This document shows, one piece after another, positions 8,166-16,286 of a DNA stretch of 64,000 nucleotides. The DNA comes from Candidatus Poseidoniaceae archaeon (lineage in GTDB: Archaea > Thermoplasmatota > Poseidoniia > Poseidoniales > Poseidoniaceae): the NCBI GenBank assembly GCA_038125145.1, contig JAYPDK010000001.1, positions 4,368 through 68,367 of the forward strand. The letters run 5' to 3'. Every line of letters starts with the position of its first letter. Position 1 is the stretch's first letter. The notes under the pieces are model-generated. The model worked only from the letters and a program-made list of their open reading frames with translations, was not told where the DNA came from and made no database searches. The position numbers and the translations under genes are program-made.

Positions 8166-9869
8166 CTATAGAACGAATTCCACCCGGGTCGACCGCGTGT
8201 CGATCCGAAGTTGAGGCAGGCCTTCACGCCAACCGAGTTCTGCACCGGTCAAGGCGAGGCTGTCACCGGGCCGAAGGGACAGCAAACGGTCGGTGAGGCT
8301 CCCGCCGAACATCGCCACTTCGATGACATGATGGCCGTCCCACAGGTGGAGGGTGGACATCGCCCAGGGACGTCCGTCGAGCCTGTTCCCGCTGTTGCGT
8401 CGGATGGAAAGCACCTTGCCACGGACGTTGGCTCGCGTCCGAAGCATGCCAAGCCGGGTCGTGTGCACCTCAGGGTCATCGTGGTGAATCGACGTCCCTG
8501 CGTCCGCATACAGCCGTGGTCCGCCCCGCCAGGCACCCGGCAACGCTCCACGAACGAGCACATCGCCGGCGGGGTGGTCATGCAAGGCCGGGGCTTGCCC
8601 AGGCTCGACCTCCTCGATTGGAACCACGGCTCGCCCGCTCGTCAGCGCTGCACCGATGACCGATTCGCCGAAATGGTTGGGCATCGGCCCCCAGTGGCCG
8701 TCGAGCCGTCCTCGAACGTTCACGCGACTCGGAATGGCGGCCAGCGGTTCGTAGGGAGGCGCAGGAGGCGGGACCTCCGTCCGTGTTCCAAGACGGTCCT
8801 CCAACAACCGGACCAGGCCAGCCTCGGTCGCCAGGGCACAGGACCTGCACGTGCTCTTTCGGCATCCCCCTTCGACGGGCAGCGGCAGGGCCACTGGACC
8901 TTCGGAAACCCTCTGGCTCATCGCCTCCGCGATGGCGCGAAGGTCCGCCGTTGCTGCGTCATGGTCCGGAAAAGGCTCCACCGCTTTTCTCCACCCACCG
9001 TCGAGGTACCATCCTTCCAAGCCGTCGGGCGTTGTTCCAAAGCACGACGTCCACAGCCAGCCGTAGAAGCGCATCTGGTCGTCGAGGCTTGGACCGTACG
9101 GCCCACCCCCGTCTCCGGATTTGATGTCCACGAGACGAAGACGGCCGTCCCAGCGCAACACCAGGTCCAATTCGCCCGCCGCCCAACCTTCTGGGTGGAA
9201 CATTCGTTGCGGTTGAAGCACCCGCGGGTCCTTCACCCAAGGCCGGACGATTTCCCATGCTTCAGCAGCATCAACGGGTTCGCTTTGCGATTTCCAACCG
9301 TCAAAGCCGGGAAGCACCGGGGGTTCGAGGTGAGCAGGCCAGCGATCGGGCAACGGATGGGAGGCAGCAGCCCCGTTGCAAGGCGCTGGAACCTCATGGA
9401 CCTGCTCGCCGCGTCGGAACGCCTGAAGGTGCGGACCACCGCCTTCTGCGATGCAGGCTTCCACCTCCTCCAGCAGCAGGTTCACCGCACATCCAAGCCT
9501 GTGTCGGAGGTCTTCTTCATGGAACGGCCATGGCTCGCCCACCTCACCCCTCCGCCAAGGCTCCTCGGCCCATCGTCGTGCGCCCTCTTCGTGCACAACG
9601 GTTGCTTCGTGCTCAACTTCCCTTGCCAACCATGACGTCAGACCGAGAAGGTCGAGGCCTGCAGGAGCATGACGCATCACGAGGCGCACGACGCCCTCCT
9701 CGAGCACGTGGCCAAGCACCTGTGAGGCTGAGGTTGGAGACCCCAAACCCACTTCGCGTGTGAGGCGCCATTCCGTCGTGCACCGTTGCCACGTGCTGTA
9801 CCCCGAGCCTGAAAGGCGACGACGCGACCGCCCGAGCGGCCCGCCGACCGGTGGCGTCGTCACGGGCAT
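8166..9869 (-). CDS. Paralogous RecB/Cas4-family Fe-S PD-(D/E)XK nuclease with two OB folds (paralog B)
   Basis: SGYSTWQRCTTEW (first Cys). GELDLVLRW, LRLVDIKSGDG, DDQMRFYGWLW. Cys triad CRKSTCRSC. Shares the motif EEVEACIAEGGG with paralog A (EEVAACLAEGGG). Two C-terminal OB-like segments. The ATG is at 9867-9869, 39 nt after the ABCE1 stop; the ORF track start at 9911 is a TTG. Confidence 0.7.
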   Translation of the reverse strand: MPVTTPPVGGPLGRSRRRLSGSGYSTWQRCTTEWRLTREVGLGSPTSASQVLGHVLEEGVVRLVMRHAPAGLDLLGLTSWLAREVEHEATVVHEEGARRWAEEPWRRGEVGEPWPFHEEDLRHRLGCAVNLLLEEVEACIAEGGGPHLQAFRRGEQVHEVPAPCNGAAASHPLPDRWPAHLEPPVLPGFDGWKSQSEPVDAAEAWEIVRPWVKDPRVLQPQRMFHPEGWAAGELDLVLRWDGRLRLVDIKSGDGGGPYGPSLDDQMRFYGWLWTSCFGTTPDGLEGWYLDGGWRKAVEPFPDHDAATADLRAIAEAMSQRVSEGPVALPLPVEGGCRKSTCRSCALATEAGLVRLLEDRLGTRTEVPPPAPPYEPLAAIPSRVNVRGRLDGHWGPMPNHFGESVIGAALTSGRAVVPIEEVEPGQAPALHDHPAGDVLVRGALPGAWRGGPRLYADAGTSIHHDDPEVHTTRLGMLRTRANVRGKVLSIRRNSGNRLDGRPWAMSTLHLWDGHHVIEVAMFGGSLTDRLLSLRPGDSLALTGAELGWREGLPQLRIDTRSTRVEFVL

Positions 9870-9907
9870 GACGGGCGGTACGGTCCCTCGCGCATGAAGG
9901 GCGCGCC

Positions 9908-11683
9908 TCAAGACTGGTAGGAATAGAAGTCCCCGGCCGTTCGCTGTTCGCGGTCCTTGCGGCTGTCGGCCTTGTTGATGCGCGGACGTTTGGACTCGTG
10001 ATCACGACGGAAGGTGATGTCCACGCTCGACAAGAAGCGGTTCATGCCTACCCTAAGGTCAAACGGTCCGGCCGCTTCACCGTGTCGACCACCTTCGCCT
10101 TCGAAGACAAGCAACGAATCGCTCACGATGTCGATGAAGTACACATCGTGATCGATGACGAAGGCGGCTTTTTCGTTGGATTCCATCGTTCGTCGAATGG
10201 CCTTCGCTGCTTCCATGCGAGCGTTGGCGTCCAAATGGGCGCTCGGTTCATCGAGCAGGTACAGGTCGGCCTCACGCCCGAGGCAGACGGCGATAGCAAC
10301 GCATTGCCGCTCACCACCAGAAAGCCGCTTCACTCGTTTCGGAAGCAGTTGATCGATGCCGAGGGCTCGGATGACGTTCACGTTGAATTCACCGCTCCTC
10401 CATCGAGGGCCAAGTTCGCTGTCGAGCCAGAGCTGCACCGTACCATCGATGTCCAAGTCAAGGTGTTGTGGCTTATAGGAAATCTTGGCGTCGCCCGAGA
10501 CCCATCCCGCATCGTATTCATGCTCGCCGGCGAGGATTTTGATCATCGTGGATTTCCCGGTCCCGTTCGGCCCAACCACGCCGACCACTTCGGCACGGTG
10601 AACGGCACCTTTGCCCGCCTTTAGGCTGAAATCACCCAATTTCTTCTCCAGCTCGCCCCATTCGACCACTTGCGCACCGGTTTCGACCTTCCGGTCGCGG
10701 TGCCCAAGGAACGTGATTGGCTTCTGACGAATGCGCACGTTTTGTTCGGGGAGAAAGCCGTCAAGGTAGGCGTTGATCGCGGTGCGGGTGGCGCGTGCGG
10801 GAGTGAAGATTCCAAACGCACCCTTTGTGCCGTAGACGATGTGGACCAAGTCAGCAAGGACGTCCAACACGGCGAGGTCGTGCTCGATGACGATCACCCT
10901 GCGGTCCTCAGCGAGGCGTTGCACAATGCGGACAATGCGCAAGCGTTCGTGAATGTCGAGGTACGAGGAGGGTTCGTCGAGGAAGTACACGTCAGCGTCC
11001 CTCAGCAAGGTGGCCGCCAGGGCCATGCGCTGCAGTTCACCGCCAGACAGTTGCCCAATCTCTCGCTCCATCAGGTGATCGATGCCGAGGTCCCGCGTCA
11101 GTTGGTCGCAGAGGTCTCGTTCGTCGACTTTGCGGAGCAGGGCTCCGACCTTTCCCTGAACCCGCTGAGGAAGGCGGTCAACGTTCTGTGGTTTCACGGC
11201 CACGGTGATGCGGCCTTCCTTGACTTCCGTCAGGAAATCACGGAGTTCACCACGGGGCAGGCTGTGCAGCACTGCGTCCCAATCGGCCTCACCTCGGAAA
11301 TCACCAAGGTTCGGAACAAGCCGTCCGGACAGCGCGTTGAAGGCGGTGGATTTACCCATGCCGTTGGGACCAAGGATCCCGACCACCTGGTCCTTTGACG
11401 GCGTAGGGAGGCGAAACAACCTGAATCCGTTTTGCGAGTATCGATGGATCATGTCGGTTTCGAGCTCTTCGGGCAACTGCTCGATGATGAGGGCATCATG
11501 CGGGCATTTGTTGATGCATATGCCGCAACCGATGCAGAGGCTTTCAGAGATGTGGGGTTTGCCCGTGCGGGCATCCATAATGATACATTCTTGCCCGTTT
11601 CGAACAGGGGGGCAATAGGTGTGGCACTCATCGTTGCACTTCTTTGGTTGGCAACTGTCCTCACGAAGAACAGCGACGCGCAT
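9908..11683 (-). CDS. abcE1: Ribosome recycling ATPase ABCE1 (RNase L inhibitor homolog)
   Basis: N-terminal double 4Fe-4S ferredoxin (CIGCGICINKCP), two ABC domains (GILGPNGMGKST, GVVGPNGTGKST; LSGGELQR). Confidence 0.9.
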   Translation of the reverse strand: MRVAVLREDSCQPKKCNDECHTYCPPVRNGQECIIMDARTGKPHISESLCIGCGICINKCPHDALIIEQLPEELETDMIHRYSQNGFRLFRLPTPSKDQVVGILGPNGMGKSTAFNALSGRLVPNLGDFRGEADWDAVLHSLPRGELRDFLTEVKEGRITVAVKPQNVDRLPQRVQGKVGALLRKVDERDLCDQLTRDLGIDHLMEREIGQLSGGELQRMALAATLLRDADVYFLDEPSSYLDIHERLRIVRIVQRLAEDRRVIVIEHDLAVLDVLADLVHIVYGTKGAFGIFTPARATRTAINAYLDGFLPEQNVRIRQKPITFLGHRDRKVETGAQVVEWGELEKKLGDFSLKAGKGAVHRAEVVGVVGPNGTGKSTMIKILAGEHEYDAGWVSGDAKISYKPQHLDLDIDGTVQLWLDSELGPRWRSGEFNVNVIRALGIDQLLPKRVKRLSGGERQCVAIAVCLGREADLYLLDEPSAHLDANARMEAAKAIRRTMESNEKAAFVIDHDVYFIDIVSDSLLVFEGEGGRHGEAAGPFDLRVGMNRFLSSVDITFRRDHESKRPRINKADSRKDREQRTAGDFYSYQS

Positions 11684-11744
11684 GGTTCCACCCGTTCAAC
11701 TGGCCACGGCGTGACGCTATGAACGTGCCCGCCGGGGGGCGGCC

Positions 11745-12284
11745 TCAGACGAGGCCCTTCAGGAGTTCCTGACCGCTGACCAACCTGGTCGTGCACGGCG
11801 AGGGGAACTTCATGCTCGCCTTGCGCAGGGCAGACTTTGCGGTGAGGTAGTGCTCTGCCGTGGTTTGGAGCGTCAGGACGCGCTGACCGCGCTGCACACG
11901 GGCTGCCGTACCGACGTTCTTGCCGAACGCGCAGCGCATGCCCTGCGACACACGGTCCGCACCTGCTCCAGTGGCCTGCTTGTTCTCACGCAGGACGTGG
12001 TGAGGGTAGGTGTGGACACGAAGGGCGTAGCCCTGTGCGCCAGAGGCGTTCCTGATGGTTGAATTGCAGATCACACGGGCGGCCTCAAGCGCCGTGTGGC
12101 GGATCTGACAGGCGTTGTCCACGCGGAGTTCGATCACCACGGGGAAACCCCCTGTTTCAGCAGCACGCCGGTTGCCGGTGTGGAACTGCATGATACGGTT
12201 GTTCGGAACACCACCGATGTACTTGCGGCGCGTGTATGCGGGACCCTTGACTTGGCGGTACATTTTTGCAGGCTTGCGTGCCAT
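11745..12284 (-). CDS. rpl10e: 50S ribosomal protein L10e (uL16 family)
   Basis: MARKPAKMYRQVKGPAYTRRKYIGGVPNNRIMQFHTG... The start is at the internal ATG of ORF 11745-12542. Confidence 0.85.
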   Translation of the reverse strand: MARKPAKMYRQVKGPAYTRRKYIGGVPNNRIMQFHTGNRRAAETGGFPVVIELRVDNACQIRHTALEAARVICNSTIRNASGAQGYALRVHTYPHHVLRENKQATGAGADRVSQGMRCAFGKNVGTAARVQRGQRVLTLQTTAEHYLTAKSALRKASMKFPSPCTTRLVSGQELLKGLV

Positions 12285-12399
12285 CGTTACACCTCCGAGC
12301 AGCCCGTCGACCTGACCCCCACTTATGAGGCCTCCGATGGGGCACCCGGACCGCGTGGAGCGAGGGAAGGCTTGAGAATCTCGGGCTCGACCTCCCCCC

Positions 12400-13584
12400 A
12401 TGGCGAGCCGCTTCTCCTCCCTCTTGGAGCAGGAGTCGGAGCACCAATGGCTGGCCATCGGCCTCTTCGCGCTATTCGCCCTCGCCGGTGGCTGGGCCAT
12501 CAACGCCAGCAGCGACCTTTCTGGCGTCGGACTCGCCTCCATGGACGCCGCATGGACGCAGGAAGACCTGCTCGACGTGGCGCTTGTGGAGGGAAGTTGG
12601 TCGAACGCTCACGTCGGCCTTGTGGACACCGATACGGGCCAGCGAATTTACCGGCAAACAGGAGCCGAAGCCTCCGAATTCAAACTCCTCGACGCGAGCG
12701 AGCGACCCTCACGCCTCTTGCCGCAGGACGATGGCAGCGTCTGGTGGGACGCGGCCGCTGGAGAAGTGCGGGGCGTGGCCAGCGACGGCCAGCGCATGAC
12801 AGCCATCACAGGCTTGGACGACGAGCGGGTGCTTGACCTCCTCGTGATCGATGAACAGGGCGTCTATGGAATCCTCCTGTACCGTTCAGGTACGTCCACT
12901 GGTGTTGTGGCCTTCGATGGACTTGATGGCAACTTCAGCAGCCTGAGCGCGCCTGAAGGCGTCACCTGGACCGACCTCGAGATGACCGACTCCGGCCAGG
13001 TGCTGGCCGCGGGATGGCGCATGTTGGAGGGAAGCAACCCCGCCACACCAGACGTGGTCAGCGTGGTTTCCTTCCTCTCGAACGATGCTGGAACGCTGAC
13101 GCTTGACGTCGCGAGCGTCGATGGGCCCAAGGGGTACCTCCACACGCTGCTCCCCAGAAACGCAGAGGAGGTGGTCCTCGCCACCCGCCAAGGAACGATG
13201 CTTCTCGACAGCAGCGGTTCCCGCACCTTCCTGAACGTGCCCTCCCTTGCGGCGGCCATTGACGCCGAGGGGAAGGTATGGTTGATCGGGGCTGCGGACG
13301 GCACCACGGTGGTGGTGTGGGATGGAACAGGGACGGACGTGCGAAGCATGCCCACGCCGCTGGGAATTCAGGTTGAGGTAAGCACGAGCACCACCTCCAC
13401 ATGGCTGTTGTTCGGTCCAGACAAGGACGGTACGCTTCAGGGAATAGAGATCGACATGAGCATTGAGGCGTCGGTGTTGAGCGGACGAGGTTTCCTGAAC
13501 ATGCTTTTCCTGCTCGTGGGCGTTATCTCGCTCGCCGGTGTTGGCGCATCATGGTGGGCCGAGGCCCGAAGGTCGCTCGATTGA
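12400..13584 (+). CDS. Hypothetical membrane-anchored protein (N- and C-terminal TM helices, Thr/Gly/Asp-rich ectodomain)
   Basis: 394 aa ORF. TM at WLAIGLFALFALAGGWAI and a C-terminal FLNMLFLLVGVISLAGVGASWW. No recognizable catalytic motif. Confidence 0.45.
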   Translation: MASRFSSLLEQESEHQWLAIGLFALFALAGGWAINASSDLSGVGLASMDAAWTQEDLLDVALVEGSWSNAHVGLVDTDTGQRIYRQTGAEASEFKLLDASERPSRLLPQDDGSVWWDAAAGEVRGVASDGQRMTAITGLDDERVLDLLVIDEQGVYGILLYRSGTSTGVVAFDGLDGNFSSLSAPEGVTWTDLEMTDSGQVLAAGWRMLEGSNPATPDVVSVVSFLSNDAGTLTLDVASVDGPKGYLHTLLPRNAEEVVLATRQGTMLLDSSGSRTFLNVPSLAAAIDAEGKVWLIGAADGTTVVVWDGTGTDVRSMPTPLGIQVEVSTSTTSTWLLFGPDKDGTLQGIEIDMSIEASVLSGRGFLNMLFLLVGVISLAGVGASWWAEARRSLD

Positions 13585-13652
13585 CAGCATTGCCTTCGCC
13601 ACCTTCATGTGCCCTCGTCGAGGTGTACGAAGCCTGTGCGTGGTGGAGTTCG

Positions 13653-16286
13653 ATGGCGAAGCGGACGATGATGGAGCAGCACGCCGAGATCAAGGCGGCG
13701 CATCCACAGTCGATCCTCTTCTTTCGCATGGGGGATTTCTACGAGCTCTTCCACGAGGACGCCCACGTAGGCGCAGAGGTGCTTGGACTGACCTTGACCG
13801 CGCGGGACAAGTCTTCCGGCACCCCCATCCCCATGGCCGGCTTTCCATGGCACCAGCTCGAAGAACAGGTGCGGACGATGCTGTCCTCCGGAAGGACCGT
13901 GGCCGTGGCTGAGCAAGAAGACGAACTTCGAGAGGGTGCGACCTTGCTCGAACGTGTCGTCACCCGGGTGTACACTCCGGGCTCGTTGTACGAGGAGGGG
14001 TTGCTGCAGGACGAGCGCGCGAGCCTGTTGGCCGGCGTGGTTGAACGCGAAGGTTTCGTCGGCCTTTGCCTGCTGGACGCTGCGGCCTCCACTGCAACGT
14101 GCATGCAATACGACGGTGAGGAACGGTGGTCGATGTTGACCGATGAACTGCTTCGATGGTCGCCATCGGAGGTTGTCCTTCGCCCCAGCCTCGCCGGGAC
14201 GGATCCCTTCCTCCGCCTCATCGCCGAACTCCGCGGCGTGGTGGTGTCGCAGCACGATGGACGCCGAAAACGGGGGCGTGAACGGCTCATGCGTGCCCTC
14301 GGCGTTGCCGATCTTGGCCACCTGGACCTCGATGGAGCTGAGATCGCCCTCGACGCGGCAGGCCTGGCCACCGACTACCTCTCCACGGTGCTGCATGCTG
14401 AGGTTGAATTGGCGGACCTCGAAGTCGCTCATCAGCACGGCGCGATGGTGCTCGACAGAACCACATTGAGGAACCTTGAGATCACGCAAACCTTAGCGGG
14501 CGAGCACGAAGGCTCCCTTGTCGCCGCAGTGGGACGTTGCCGCACCGCCATGGGACGCCGACGCCTTCGCGCGTGGCTTCTCCGTCCGTTGACCGACCTC
14601 AACGCGATTCATGCTCGACAGGACGCTGTCGCGTCCCTCAGCCGTTCCTCCCGCCGCTTGGATGGCGTCCGAACCGCCCTCACCGGCATGCGGGACCTTG
14701 AGCGCTTGGCCACGCTGGCCGGGCACGGGCGAGCCAACGCAAGGGACCTCATGGCGACAGGGCTTGCTTTGGACCGATTGCCCGCACTTCAGCGGGCCTG
14801 TGAGGAGACCGATGACGCATTGCTCAACGCATTGGGGGAAGGCCTTGACGGCCTTTCGGCGTTGGCCGACAGGATTGCACGAACGCTGGTCGATGCACCC
14901 CCTCTCTCCGTCCGAGAAGGCGGGCTGCTTCGCGAAGGAGTGCACGATGAGGTGGACCGCCTCCGAAGCATCGCTGACGAAGGAACGGCATGGTTCGAAG
15001 CCTACGAAGAACGACTCCGACGCGACCTTGAGATTCCAAGCCTCAAGGTGAGGCAAAACCGTCAGATTGGCTGGTTCATCGAGGTGACCAACACCCACCT
15101 CGACAAAGTTCCAGAGGACTTCCATCGCAAGCAACAGATGACCAATGGCCATCGATTCATCACCTCGGACCTCGTCGAGCGTGATCAAGCCCTCTTGAAC
15201 GCCGTCACGCGTTCAAGGGCGTTGGAATACGACGTGTTCGTCGACCTACGCAGAACCGTGGCTGAGCACGCTCGAACACTGGCGAACCTTGCAGGCCGGG
15301 TGGCATGCATTGACGTGCTCCATGGTTTTGCCGTGGTGGCGCGGGAACGAAGGTGGTGCAGACCTGTTGTTCACGAAGGAGACGACCTGGTGCTTGAGGC
15401 CGCACGGCACCCCGTGCTCGAGCGTGAACCGGGCTTCGTGCCAAACAACCTGCGGTTCGACCGCAAACGACGCTTCCTGCTCATCACTGGACCGAACATG
15501 GGTGGGAAATCGACGTACCTTCGCACGGCGGCCTTGGTGACCCTTTTGGCGCAATGCGGCAGTTTTGTCCCGTGCGATCGAGCGAAGGTGGGACTCGTCG
15601 ACCGCGTCTTCACCCGCGTTGGTGCGAGCGATGACCTGCTACGAGGTCGTTCGACCTTCATGATGGAGATGATCGAAGTCGCGCACATCCTTCGGCATGC
15701 TTCGCCATCCTCACTGGTCCTGCTGGACGAGATTGGACGGGGCACGTCGACGTTTGATGGGCTCTCGATTGCATGGGCGGTGACCGAGGACATCGCAAAG
15801 CGAATCGGGGCGAGGACCTTGTTCGCGACACACTACCACCAACTCATCGGACTTGAGGACGACGTGCACGGCGTCGTGAACGTCTCTGTTGGGGTGTCGG
15901 AAGCCGATGAAGGGCTCCGGTTCTTGCACACCGTCAGCGACGGACCGTGCGACGAATCCTACGGGGTCCGCGTCGCGGCCTTGGCCGGCCTTCCACGTGA
16001 CGTGGTCGAGCGGGCCAGCGACCTGCTGCGCTTCCTCGAGGGTCAGGCCACCGGCGCTCGGGCTGGTGTTCAAGGTCAACCAAGCAGGCGTGCACAAGGA
16101 CAGGCCAGCCTGTTGACCTACCTCGGAGCGAGCCGGCCAGCAAGCGTGCCGACTCCGCGCCCACCCCACGAGGAAGACGTGCTGGCGAGGTTGCAGGAGG
16201 TGGATCCTGACGACCTGAGCCCTCGGGAGGCCGCAGCTGTCTTGCGAGCGCTTGTGGAACGCAGCCGAGGTGAACGTGATGGTTGA
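13653..16286 (+). CDS. mutS: DNA mismatch repair protein MutS (bacterial MutS1 type)
   Basis: HPQSILFFRMGDFYELFHEDA mismatch-binding domain. Walker A in ITGPNMGGKSTYLR. C-terminal HTH region. The start is at the internal Met MAKRTMMEQ. Confidence 0.85.
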   Translation: MAKRTMMEQHAEIKAAHPQSILFFRMGDFYELFHEDAHVGAEVLGLTLTARDKSSGTPIPMAGFPWHQLEEQVRTMLSSGRTVAVAEQEDELREGATLLERVVTRVYTPGSLYEEGLLQDERASLLAGVVEREGFVGLCLLDAAASTATCMQYDGEERWSMLTDELLRWSPSEVVLRPSLAGTDPFLRLIAELRGVVVSQHDGRRKRGRERLMRALGVADLGHLDLDGAEIALDAAGLATDYLSTVLHAEVELADLEVAHQHGAMVLDRTTLRNLEITQTLAGEHEGSLVAAVGRCRTAMGRRRLRAWLLRPLTDLNAIHARQDAVASLSRSSRRLDGVRTALTGMRDLERLATLAGHGRANARDLMATGLALDRLPALQRACEETDDALLNALGEGLDGLSALADRIARTLVDAPPLSVREGGLLREGVHDEVDRLRSIADEGTAWFEAYEERLRRDLEIPSLKVRQNRQIGWFIEVTNTHLDKVPEDFHRKQQMTNGHRFITSDLVERDQALLNAVTRSRALEYDVFVDLRRTVAEHARTLANLAGRVACIDVLHGFAVVARERRWCRPVVHEGDDLVLEAARHPVLEREPGFVPNNLRFDRKRRFLLITGPNMGGKSTYLRTAALVTLLAQCGSFVPCDRAKVGLVDRVFTRVGASDDLLRGRSTFMMEMIEVAHILRHASPSSLVLLDEIGRGTSTFDGLSIAWAVTEDIAKRIGARTLFATHYHQLIGLEDDVHGVVNVSVGVSEADEGLRFLHTVSDGPCDESYGVRVAALAGLPRDVVERASDLLRFLEGQATGARAGVQGQPSRRAQGQASLLTYLGASRPASVPTPRPPHEEDVLARLQEVDPDDLSPREAAAVLRALVERSRGERDG

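Noticed and set aside
8211-9635. 474-aa plus-strand ORF
   Set aside because: Lies entirely antisense to nuclease paralog B. It is Arg/Pro/Gly-rich with no motifs; a typical high-GC antisense open frame.
6288-9869. Interpretation of the nuclease pair as Cas4 of a CRISPR-Cas locus
   Set aside because: No cas1/cas2 or other cas genes and no CRISPR array in the window. The genes are about 600 aa with OB-fold extensions, unlike the roughly 200-aa Cas4.
13605-14489. 294-aa minus-strand ORF, with 13739-14371 (210 aa)
   Set aside because: Antisense to mutS; Arg/Ser/Pro-rich; no motifs.
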